From assembly GCA_964200185.2 (NCBI GenBank), contig CAXNAD020000011.1:1-48880 (forward strand): a stretch of 48,880 nucleotides of DNA, given 5' to 3'. The notes under the pieces were generated by a model, which saw only the letters and a program-made list of their open reading frames with translations, had not been told where the DNA came from and did no database searches. Source of the DNA: Choristocarpus tenellus KU-1152. Its lineage: Eukaryota; Protista; Phaeophyceae. Shown one piece after another: positions 42,401-48,880 of the stretch. The translations under genes and the position numbers were made by a program. The stretch's first letter is position 1, and each line of letters starts with the position of its first letter.

Positions 42401-45400
42401 ACGAATCTGACCATTTGCAAGGGACAATTGGAGAATTTGAGAGTGGGAGAAAATGAAACCGTCTTGGCGAGAGAAAACCGCAAAGAGAGGGAAAAGCTCT
42501 TAGTTGCTCAAACAAACACTTTGTAAATATTGGTCATCGCAAGGGAGCGGTATGGATTGGGCTTATGATATTATCAAGGTGATAAAAGCACGTCATCAAG
42601 CAATGCTAAGTGCACATCAAGTCCACTATAATTGCTGGAAGCTGCATCTGGATAAGATGAAGGGACACAATGCATTCTAGGAACAAGCTATGCCCTAGTC
42701 AAAGAAACATAGGACAATATTGCAAGAGATATTGCAGTTGATGCTTATTGCAGATGGATGATTTTCATAAATTTGGAGCCTGAGTCATGTCAACAACCTG
42801 GCAATACCCAAGTCAACATTCCAACCTCATTATAGCACTTCATCCAAATTCACCACATACTAAAGTATTGACCCATCTCCTTCCAGTGCAACCTTTCCAA
42901 TAAATTGCTGCACTTTGAAGTCTCAAACCATACAAATGACAATAATCATATTACAAGCCCTCACCCACAAGCATGATTAATACAACTATCCTCTGCCTTG
43001 ACCGACCTGCACACACCAAGTCCTCCAGTTATCTTAAGGTCTAGTGTTCAGATGAAATAAATATTACAAACAGGACTTATGTGTAGGGGAATTCATGTCT
43101 TGTGTGTGACTGTATGCTTGACTTAGTCCATGAGATATTGCTGGCGAGATAGTACTTTGGGGTTGATTATAACTATTAATTTTGTACTTTAGTTAGACTA
43201 CACTGATGCAATTGTCATAGCGCTAGGTTTCACGTTTAAACCCATGTATGGTGGCACATTCATTATATCTTTGATATGATGTAGATGAAGAGATCGTTGA
43301 ATAGATCAAAAACAATGACACATATTTAAGAATGGACACCAGTCACTCTTCCAAAAGGCAACTGAGCCTATCATTACGCATGCCCAATCAATACATCTGA
43401 ATATATATTCAATCATGACAGCCCCATATGCAGCACTTAGAGGCCAAGATGTGTTAAAACAAGACTTAAAATGATGTTTTGACATGATCAATCTAACGAC
43501 CATTTCCAGATCGCCACCCCACATCCATACCACTGCGTAATCCACAACAAAATATTTCTTCAAATGGGACAAACCTCGAACGAATCTCCACAAGAGATGC
43601 CAATGAAGACAATAGGCCAGGGTCATCAGTACAAGGCCGGCATACTTGCAACAGGCGGTTGAACTTGTCATTGCACTGGTGCTGATGGAGAAGAAAGCCA
43701 TCCAATATTCCCCGTACCCCACACAGAGTAAAACAGTTGATAAACGATTAGAATTTTTAGTTTGATTGCATAGAACAGTGGTCATGATTGCTTGGTAACT
43801 AGTGCAAAGACTTGTCTTGAATTATGGGCTTGAAGGCAGTACAGTAGAGTGGTCTTCTCCACATTGTACTCTATAAAGACCTGATAGACACATATTGATG
43901 GACTAGCCGAGTTCACAGACTTCATTTTCTGTGTGCTAGACAGAGAAACGGCGAAGAGACACATGAATTAGTAGTAGAAAAGGTTTCTATGATGTATGAG
44001 ATGTAGATAGGGGTATAATTAGTTGGGATTAACTTCAGGACTTTCAAGGTACAGGCGCATTAGTGTGTTTACGCAAAATAACATATTGTCACAGTTGACC
44101 TTGAGTGAACGTGCATAATTTTTTATCAGCAAGCACCGACCAAGACAAAACCTACAGTCTTACGACACTCGGAATGTTGTAAGGCTTCCTGTATCAAGGG
44201 TCATCACCAAGAACTTGCACTAGGAATCATAGTAAAAAGGCACTTAAGACATCAATCAAGATATTTCCCATTGACTACGTCAGTCATCACATTAAACATT
44301 CACTAAACCGACTGAACATGTACGTACATCAAGCTGTCACACTATCTTGTGTTTGGAAGTATACTTGAATCAGCACACACGACCTAAGCATAATACCTGT
44401 TACTGGGACACTGAATGCACTCACCTCTAGCAACCAGTGGACAAGGAAGGGGTTTTCCAGTAGTTTGACCAACGCATCCATTTTCCTTCGCCATTGGTAC
44501 AGAATCATTTTCCCCGATACTCCCTCCTGCAAACGCTGCTTTCCCTGCCCCATACCAAGTGTTGTTCCCCTCTTGGAGCTCCTGTTGTCTTTGTTGTCCT
44601 CCCTCCCATTACCCTTTTTCAGGCTGTCGCCAATGTCATGACTTCCATTTTCTTCTTCGAATTTAGTTCTATTATCAGCACCTTTCCTTCTCACTCTATT
44701 AACATAGTTTTGAATGCTGTTCCCAACTCTCCATTCGTTGATAAGATTCCAAGCTTCACTGGTTTCACTCAAAGAAAAAATGCCCCACTTATCCCTTAGT
44801 GATGATAATGCATAATCCAGCTCCAGCCAAGAAGGATCCTCGCCGGGTGGTACAGAGAAGAGGAAGGGGTTGTGACGAAGGTCGTGATCGCCCCCCTGCC
44901 CCTTCACAACCTTCTTTTCTCTACCTGAATCACTTGAAGTGCTCTTCTCTATTTTGTCATCACCTTGCCCCTCACACACATATTTTTCTGAAGATGAGGT
45001 ATCAATATGTGTATTGGGTGTATATCGGAAAACATCATGTGCAGTCAACAGGGTGGGGGCAACCGTTAGGAACCACTCTAGAGACGAATACGCATCCAAC
45101 ATGCTCAGAATACGGGTAATCTCCACCTCTTGCGACGGTGAAGTTGGATGTAGTGGTGAAGAAATGCAGGGGCAGGAAGTGGAGGAGGAGGAATCTGGAG
45201 AGTCGACATTGTGGATAACACTTTCCTTGTGAGTGCACAACGGAAGAGGTAGTTCAGGAATAAATTTGACCAAAAGTCGAACCTCCATTTCCTTTTCACT
45301 GCCTGACATTCCTGCAACCAGGACGGAAGCTTCAAGGCCCAGAATATCACCTTTGAACACCTGATTTGCCAAATATCTCCATGCCATCAGGGCACGTGGA

Positions 45401-48400
45401 ATGACACATGAAACAACCGTCTCAACTGAAGTCATTGACTTCTCCATCAATCCATGTAACTGCCCTTTTTGATCCTCATCTCCTTCTCCCTTCACAAGGT
45501 CTTCATCCTGACTCGTATCACTGCCATCATGACCCTGGTAATCTTCTTCCACACCCTCAAAATATCCTGTCCCTGCCACCATCCTCACTGATGCATCACC
45601 CTCCCCATTCGAGTTACCACCGTTCTTGGCCAATCCCATTGACAACTGTTGCACAGTCTCCATTTCCCCCATCTCATCCTCGGCCCCCACTTCCGAAATG
45701 TCTGAAATGTTCTGGAACGCGCGGCGGCTTTGACCTATCCAAACATTCATAAACAGCTGACTCTTGGATAGGAGAACGAGTGCATCCAAAGGGACTGACT
45801 TGGCCATAACCTCATTGTTGCTAAGGACTGGAGCAAGCACAAAAACCTGATTGAGGTTCTTTGCTTCCAAACGACAGTCCGAAATGTCCTGTTGCAATGC
45901 AGCCACTACTGATCTTTTATGATTGGGTAGAGTAAGATGAGGTGGAGACGTGGAGGTTGTGAATTTTACGTATCACATGTATGGTTGTTGTGAGGTTGCA
46001 GTGGACCAACCTAATGCGGTCTATGAGACGAGTGAGAGTGACTCTGAGAACACCGGTCAAACTTTAATATTCAAATGCTCACATGGAAAACTCTAATAAA
46101 CCAAACTTAAATACCTTCTCTGGGTTACTACTCTTAGCTTAGATAGCAATGTTCTAGATACCACAGCACAAGATACAAAACACATATCAACTACTACTTA
46201 CAAAACATTTTGGAGGTGAAACACAGACCCTATATTCCAATATTCGATGATTGTAATGTGAAGGGCAGTGCATGAATACTCCATCGAGTAGTCCTCTTGA
46301 TGAAGGCGTGCAGATCAGAATGTTCATTACTTCACATATTATTATTACACTTATTTTTTTCTACGCCACTTATTATTATCTCACTTGAGCAGGGAATCAT
46401 CCCCCCCAGCAGCTGTGCAGTACTTGGAAGCCAGGATATCCACTCCCTTGAGTATGCGAGGAAAATCTTCTGCAGCATTGAAGATTGCTGTCAAGTGCTT
46501 GTTCACGGTGTCTTTGTTGTGCAAAAACTTTCTCCCCGCCTCTTGAATCTTGTCTTTCTTTGTCAAACTTGTTGACCCGGTGCCAGTCTCGGGGAAAGCA
46601 TTAAGAATGCTCATGAAGCCTTTTTTGTGGCTACGCAACTGGTACAAATGCCACATGAATATTTTTAACGGGGAAGAGCAAGTTACTGCAAAGTGTTGGA
46701 TTTGTATATCCATTGTGCTGTCAAAGGCATCTATCAGTTTGCGCAAAAACAAATTTGAATTCTAACTGGCAACAAACTTGTGGCACTTTGAATTTCTTGT
46801 TTTTCCATTTTCCATAGAACAGTTGTCAATAATTATGAATTCATGTAAGATCTGAATAGAAAGGGATCAAAATTGTGTATCAGATTGAAAAGTTTGGCAC
46901 CACCATGCTTTAGATTCGAACTGCTTCATATGCTTTTGTTTCACTGGTGAGCCTATAGCTCAAGGGGCTCCCATAATATTTCCCCTCTCATCTAACAGCC
47001 CTCATGCAATTCATGGACTTTTTTTTCGCGTGACAATATACTAGATGAGTTTGTACCTCCTATTCATGTGACTCCTGGGTGAGCTTTGTTGTATTTGCAA
47101 ATTAGGAATACTCTACTTAGTATTGTCTAAACGTCAGCGTGCACAGGTGGGTTTCCTTGTTTTGAGCGAACTTGGTCCCTACGCCCACATACGCACAAGC
47201 ACAACATGACCTAAACCTTTTGAACCCAGAAAGACGAAGATCAATTTCATGTGATTCAGAAGAATATATGACGTGACTGCGGTGACTCAACTACAAAAGT
47301 TAACTAAAGGTATAAGGAGTGCGTTAAAACTGACTGGAGTGTATATGCACTCATGTTTATGACAACAAATTTACACAGTTGAGGAAAACTAATTTTTTGT
47401 ATCGTGAGTTTCCTCCTCCTTTTCGAGGGTAACTTTAAGAGGATGAGGCATAGGTGGAAATCCCATATTATACTCCAACGACCCTTAAAAAGAGCGAATG
47501 TTGGCGAACAGCACCGTTGGAATTTCTGCTATAAGTCGGTGGGAAGCCGGAACTTGATCATTCACTTTGTGCTAAGGACTTCTTGTGGAACATCTTGCAG
47601 GCCTACTACACTACAGATCGGGTGCATCATGCACACTTCTATATCAGTAACCTTTGACTATGTTGAGCCAAAGTATTTTAAGAAGGGAGTGGAGTTTCCT
47701 GATCTTTTTCCTAAGAGAGGTACTAACAAAATGTTGTATGCATGACAACCAGTGTTCTTTCCCCCAATTGTAATTATCCCTTTAGGAGTCTCTGGATGTT
47801 GAAGGGGTGTGCAGAGATTTAGAGGAAATTACCATTTCCCAAATACACGATCCCTCACATTGCATCAAATTCAGAAGGCAGTCACAGAAGCCCCTTAACA
47901 TTGGAATGGTACACCCTACTAGGTTAATAGACTCGTTCCATAGCTTGCCTGTTACAAGGTGTAATTTGTACCAGATAAGGACATCGTACGACCACACAGC
48001 ACTACAAAAAGGTGGGGTTCGTTGTGACAAGAGTATGTTGTACCCCCAACTGAGGAGACACAAAAGAAAGACTCCAAACCCTGGTGAAAGAAATGGAAAA
48101 TACAGCCAAAACAATTTCGTATGATCCAAGCAACAAGAGCATAACTTGGATCCATATCTCTGCTTTTTTTTCAGACACTACGGGCAGAAAACACAAGATG
48201 TCAACTGGCTCAAAGTATCTGAGGGGGGGTGGCGGCTGTCCATTTGGGGCCAAGTTTTTTATGTCGCGATTTTTGTGTGATTTAATCCCATACATTGGGT
48301 GGATAATGAAAGTACACTTTCCTGGTTTTGGTCCAAATGGACACCCTGGTCTAGAACCCCCCCCTCCTCACCCAGATACTTTATGTCAACTATCTTACAG

Positions 48401-48604
48401 CATTGCCTTTGTACTTGCCGTCACCTTCGAAATCTCGTCCAGCTTGATGGTGCCATCCATGATTCTGTCAACGGTCGATCCAACGCCTTCAAAGATACCT
48501 TCCACAATATCATTGATGTTGTTACCAGATTCCACAGGGTAAAGGGCTGCATTAAACTCGTTCCACTCGATTAGGAGTACCCACAACTTCCAATTCACGA
48601 AAAT
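133..48604 (-). CDS. RNF213: RNF213/mysterin-like giant AAA+ ATPase / RZ-finger E3 ubiquitin ligase, multi-exon, partial at both ends (51 predicted exons, about 4,700 aa in window)
   Basis: RNF213 hallmark motifs occur in the correct order on the minus strand: LPQPGEVLFCTNETTEEEVELLVRR (AAA1), NGGGKT/FHLDL (AAA2), WEKSDHP, TMDNLLKM, MGETGCGKS/IHLDEIN/AACNPYR/LVYRVHPL/VSLRDV (AAA3), ALSENLF/GKPRSSKS/QCSP/LLDEVGLAE/ISNWALDPAKMNR (AAA4), FGSDFPGD/YESLYDLLNQ/PPLLNRFEKQ (AAA5), DRN, FPFS, YLPTM and the RZ finger. Spliced exon phases are consistent throughout. The symbol denotes a homolog, not proven orthology. Confidence 0.93.
680..793 (-). CDS. RNF213: RNF213-like exon, RZ finger second half (TCECGKTLGGIRH...GY)
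   Basis: C.CG...GG..H motif. Confidence 0.9.
1079..1203 (-). CDS. RNF213: RNF213-like exon, RZ finger first half (YLPTM...YQCACGLIYAIGECGKPME)
   Basis: [FY]LPTM and GECG.PM motifs. Confidence 0.92.
1705..2170 (-). CDS. RNF213: RNF213-like exon, E3 core (LAVHVVAAAL…)
   Basis: 164-aa ORF with L.VH..A motif; GTATGA donor. Confidence 0.85.
2578..2639 (-). CDS. RNF213: RNF213-like exon (FGAFKGGLLTGLFHEI)
   Basis: LL..LF.E motif; GTAAAG donor. Confidence 0.72.
3575..3704 (-). CDS. RNF213: RNF213-like exon (INPLERVPFF…)
   Basis: TTTCCAG acceptor; GTGAGG donor. Confidence 0.75.
4821..5125 (-). CDS. RNF213: RNF213-like exon (LRMFLFRQL…)
   Basis: ORF 4815..5147; GTATGA donor. Confidence 0.8.
5466..5727 (-). 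CDS. RNF213: RNF213-like exon (…LLTIACMR…)
   Basis: L...A..R motif; phases consistent. Confidence 0.75.
6061..8232 (-). CDS. RNF213: RNF213-like 2.17-kb exon, E3 module (CRFPFSF...YVYDF)
   Basis: 724-aa ORF with FPFS and Y..DF motifs; GTGATT donor. Confidence 0.9.
8646..8762 (-). CDS. RNF213: RNF213-like exon (MDRNSGLSLL...LWIDLF)
   Basis: DRN..L.LL and LW...F motifs. Confidence 0.87.
8850..9101. mobile_element. MITE family 1 copy (about 252 bp)
   Basis: Terminal inverted repeats GAGTGAAAGTATCTAAGAGGGTA...TACCCTCTAAGATACTTTGACTC; flanks share ATG. Confidence 0.88.
9531..9908 (-). CDS. RNF213: RNF213-like exon (VRDQICLL...GRTFQRAIRAS)
   Basis: G.TF motif; GTGAGA donor. Confidence 0.8.
10068..10325. 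mobile_element. MITE family 1 copy, 4-bp TSD GCCA
   Basis: Same TIRs and internal sequence; GCCA on both flanks. Confidence 0.92.
10592..10861. mobile_element. Degenerate MITE family 1 copy
   Basis: Diverged matches to internal motifs (GGGGCTTGGCTTCCC, GAGTAGGTAAAATG, GATAGCCAAAAT, CAACATTGGATTT, CTACCCTCTTA). Confidence 0.7.
11000..11074 (-). CDS. RNF213: RNF213-like exon (VLLHTVRSSLARL)
   Basis: Strong acceptor; GTATGT donor. Confidence 0.75.
11176..11311. mobile_element. MITE family 2 copy, internally deleted
   Basis: GACTCAAAGTATCCGAGGGGGGG...CCCCAGATGCTTTGAGGC; flanks AGGT and GGGT. Confidence 0.82.
11899..12169 (-). CDS. RNF213: RNF213-like exon, AAA6 (HVILLLHLIR...WGFAFVD)
   Basis: HV....HL.R and W....D motifs; acceptor ambiguous (12169 or 12171). 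Confidence 0.82.
12381..12523 (-). CDS. RNF213: RNF213-like exon, AAA6 (ERDLRKRVRDFF...LLLQCD)
   Basis: E..F/L......F and LL.QCD motifs. Confidence 0.85.
13175..13432. mobile_element. MITE family 1 copy, inverted, TSD ACGT
   Basis: GAGCCAAAGTATCTTAGAGGGTA...TACCCTCTAAGATACTTTCACTC with ACGT on both sides. Confidence 0.93.
13665..13918 (-). CDS. RNF213: RNF213-like exon (YFRCQTHGSL...VTTY)
   Basis: YF..Q.H.S and TT[FY] motifs (AAA6). Confidence 0.87.
14362..14769 (-). CDS. RNF213: RNF213-like exon (FPGYSKDFLPSLV...LLWVAAPE)
   Basis: F.GY..D...S and L...A.P[DE] motifs. Confidence 0.85.
15182..15305 (-). CDS. RNF213: RNF213-like exon (VLSWREGL...QRDS)
   Basis: Strong TTTCAG acceptor; bridges phase 0 to 1. 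Confidence 0.72.
16897..16972 (-). CDS. RNF213: RNF213-like exon (PPLLNRFEKQ)
   Basis: PL.NR.EK motif; GTGAGT donor. Confidence 0.9.
17505..17737. mobile_element. MITE family 1 copy with internal deletion
   Basis: TIRs recognisable, left end mutated, no clear TSD. Confidence 0.85.
18311..18504 (-). CDS. RNF213: RNF213-like exon, AAA5 (YESLYDLLNQHY)
   Basis: CM..G..V.L and YESLYD.LNQ motifs. Confidence 0.93.
18954..19085 (-). CDS. RNF213: RNF213-like exon, AAA5 (RHLMLLT...FGSDFPGD)
   Basis: R.L..LT and FGS.FP.D motifs. Confidence 0.92.
19985..20111 (-). CDS. RNF213: RNF213-like exon (PQSETLEV...LICDNLAEPQ)
   Basis: LI..NL motif; phases consistent. Confidence 0.8.
20549..20677 (-). CDS. RNF213: RNF213-like exon (VLRNYGG)
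   Basis: RN[FY].G motif. Confidence 0.82.
21462..21796 (-). CDS. RNF213: RNF213-like exon (GISNWALDPAKMNR...GLREFYS)
   Basis: RNF213 signature motif. Confidence 0.94.
22258..22365 (-). CDS. RNF213: RNF213-like exon, AAA4 Walker B (VLLDEVGLAEQSPHLPLK)
   Basis: Close match to the RNF213 LDEVGLAE.SP..PLK motif. Confidence 0.93.
22812..23071 (-). CDS. RNF213: RNF213-like exon, AAA4 Walker A variant (GKPRSSKS)
   Basis: NEALSENLF...IPVFVVGKPRSSKSLA...QCSP. Confidence 0.93.
24204..24331 (-). CDS. RNF213: RNF213-like exon (PDRDVLVEDICRAI...TQKTV)
   Basis: Open segment bridging phase 2 to phase 1; GTGAGA donor. Confidence 0.62.
24604..24861. mobile_element. MITE family 1 copy, inverted, TSD ATAT
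   Basis: TIRs present (right terminus mutated to CACCA); ATAT on both flanks. Confidence 0.9.
24883..25061 (-). CDS. RNF213: RNF213-like exon (VFVWLG...LSLAYSYLARL)
   Basis: L....Y.ARL motif; TAG acceptor, GTTTGT donor. Confidence 0.85.
25913..26049 (-). CDS. RNF213: RNF213-like exon (VSLRDVSRCIK)
   Basis: VSLRDV sensor-2 motif; GTGAGA donor. Confidence 0.9.
26533..26817. mobile_element. MITE family 1 copy with about 30-bp internal insertion
   Basis: TIRs and internal motifs; flanks TAAA and AAAA. Confidence 0.87.
27070..27202 (-). CDS. RNF213: RNF213-like exon (LVYRVHPLHESL...DYGAL)
   Basis: LVYRV..L..S motif. Confidence 0.9.
27822..28132 (-). CDS. RNF213: RNF213-like exon, AAA3 sensor 1 (AACNPYR)
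   Basis: LFKEIVCDR...IVAACNPYR. Confidence 0.92.
28370..28610 (-). CDS. RNF213: RNF213-like exon, AAA3 Walker A and B
   Basis: PVVIMGETGCGKS (Walker A at 28563-28586) and IHLDEIN. Confidence 0.94.
28902..29053 (-). CDS. RNF213: RNF213-like exon (YVFTMDNLLKMLSI)
   Basis: Y..T.DN..KM motif preceding AAA3. Confidence 0.88.
29298..29395 (-). CDS. RNF213: RNF213-like exon (LADDYIQEPL...TRTE)
   Basis: GTCAGT donor; phases consistent. Confidence 0.75.
30251..30450 (-). CDS. RNF213: RNF213-like exon (WEKSDHPIVIF)
   Basis: WE.S.HP...F motif. Confidence 0.82.
31730..31862 (-). CDS. RNF213: RNF213-like exon (FLHLLIECCKDFALRSV)
   Basis: KDFA..S motif; donor position less certain. Confidence 0.78.
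32519..32738 (-). CDS. RNF213: RNF213-like exon (ECFELL...PTWNLFNRF)
   Basis: C..LL and P[ST]W....F motifs; GTATGT donor. Confidence 0.82.
33250..33323 (-). CDS. RNF213: RNF213-like exon (AVERGYLLPD...DDE)
   Basis: CAG acceptor, GTGAAG donor, phases consistent. Confidence 0.65.
34395..34495 (-). CDS. RNF213: RNF213-like exon (VLPNNLDL...CRWV)
   Basis: CAG acceptor, GTGATC donor, phases consistent. Confidence 0.7.
35099..35231 (-). CDS. RNF213: RNF213-like exon (DPVTCEVF...YVEIPNS...LLP)
   Basis: Strong acceptor and GTGAGT donor. Confidence 0.85.
35427..35686. mobile_element. MITE family 1 copy
   Basis: GAGTGAAATTATCTTGGAGGGTAC...TACCCTCTAAGATATTTCGGCTC. Confidence 0.88.
36536..36957 (-). 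CDS. RNF213: RNF213-like exon, AAA2 (IAFHLDLG...ILFQLFLGGYV)
   Basis: FHLD and LF.L..G motifs. Confidence 0.87.
37899..37963 (-). CDS. RNF213: RNF213-like exon, AAA2 P-loop (SEVNGGGKT)
   Basis: GKT P-loop; TAG acceptor, GTGAGA donor. Confidence 0.82.
38315..39534 (-). CDS. RNF213: RNF213-like exon, AAA1 region
   Basis: WHLLNFFT and LPQPGEVLFCTNETTEEEVELLVRRF; 463-aa ORF. Confidence 0.9.
40085..40183 (-). CDS. RNF213: RNF213-like exon (FELGGEEH...AARD)
   Basis: W......R motif leading into the following LNFFT exon; alternative in-frame acceptor at 40189. Confidence 0.7.
40780..40859 (-). CDS. RNF213: RNF213-like exon (VLSDMVGILERLHEAGHPHYQE)
   Basis: L..AGH..Y motif typical of the RNF213 stalk; phases consistent. 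Confidence 0.75.
41050..41490 (-). CDS. RNF213: RNF213-like exon (LFKNRTVSAGIQAL...TQLQ)
   Basis: ORF 41041..41472 with CAG acceptor and GTATTG donor. Confidence 0.8.
42214..42406 (-). CDS. RNF213: RNF213-like exon (FVSVCVQGPF...HLKE)
   Basis: Within ORF 42202..42483; GTAAAT donor; acceptor less certain. Confidence 0.65.
43575..43681 (-). CDS. RNF213: RNF213-like exon (HQCNDKFNRLLQVC...VEIRS)
   Basis: CTTCTCCATCAG acceptor, GTTTGT donor, phases consistent. Confidence 0.7.
44425..45913 (-). CDS. RNF213: RNF213-like large exon (stalk region with low-complexity inserts)
   Basis: 525-aa ORF; GTGAGT donor after WLLE. Confidence 0.85.
46385..46761 (-). CDS. RNF213: RNF213-like exon (NSNLFLRKL...DDSLL)
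   Basis: Matches ORF 46381..46752; GTGAGA donor. Confidence 0.7.
47665..47690. repeat. Solo TIR remnant of family 1
   Basis: GAGCCAAAGTATTTTAAGAAGGG. Confidence 0.45.
47833..48001 (-). CDS. RNF213: RNF213-like exon (AVWSYDVL...IWEM)
   Basis: Pyrimidine tract plus TAG acceptor, GTAATT donor, phases consistent. Confidence 0.55.
48207..48387. mobile_element. MITE family 2 copy (about 181 bp), TSD AACT
   Basis: GGCTCAAAGTATCTGAGGGGGGG...CCCAGATACTTTATGTC with AACT on both flanks. Confidence 0.88.
48399..48604 (-). CDS. RNF213: RNF213-like exon (N-terminal region; IFVNWKLW...)
   Basis: Open frame, CAG acceptor, GTAAGA donor; phase fits the next exon. No recognisable motif. Confidence 0.55.
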
Positions 48605-48683
48605 CTGTCAGGTAGTTCATGTTCATATCATCATGCAAGAAGGTGACAGGGTGACGAACTGACAACTGCAAATTTGTAGTATC

Positions 48684-48723
48684 GAGTCAAAGTATCTTAG
48701 AGGGTAGGGTCGCATCCATTTGG
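48684..48723. mobile_element. Truncated family 1 MITE end
   Basis: GAGTCAAAGTATCTTAGAGGGTAGGGTCGCATCCATTTGG, after which similarity stops. Confidence 0.7.
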
Positions 48724-48860
48724 AGTATCCTCAGACCAGCTGCGGTGTTACTGAAAAGGTGGGCCCCACCCATGATATAAGCCTGCATTTAATATAGGAT
48801 AAACACAGAGGCGATCCCTCCAGAGCGTGGGACTACTGAGAAAGCTCCTACTCTACAACA

Positions 48861-48880
48861 GGGCCAAAGTATCTGGGGGG
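48861..48880. mobile_element. Start of a family 2-like MITE cut by window edge
   Basis: GGGCCAAAGTATCTGGGGGG. Confidence 0.6.

Noticed and set aside
8850-48880. CRISPR-like or prokaryotic defence-island interpretation of the repeats and ATPase
   Set aside because: The repeats are dispersed TIR elements with TSDs, not regularly spaced arrays, and the gene is interrupted by spliceosomal introns.

Overview
Eukaryotic, intron-rich genomic DNA. Almost the whole window is one minus-strand gene encoding a giant RNF213/mysterin-like AAA+ ATPase and RZ-finger E3 ligase, cut off at both window ends. I assembled by hand 51 exons (about 14.2 kb CDS, about 4,700 aa) joined by GT-AG introns whose phases match at every junction. 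They cover the N-terminal stalk, AAA1-AAA6, the E3 module, the RZ finger and the start of the C-terminal domain. Unusual points: no RING finger is visible, the RZ finger has a CxC...CxC ligand pattern lacking the canonical Zn-binding His, and the AAA4 Walker A reads GKPRSSKS instead of GKPGSSKS. The introns carry two related families of short non-autonomous DNA transposons (MITEs) sharing an AAAGTATC inverted-repeat core and making 4-bp target-site duplications; family 1 has Sola2-like GAG...CTC termini. The gene architecture resembles brown algal/stramenopile genes, but that assignment is only an inference. Individual splice boundaries are manual predictions.
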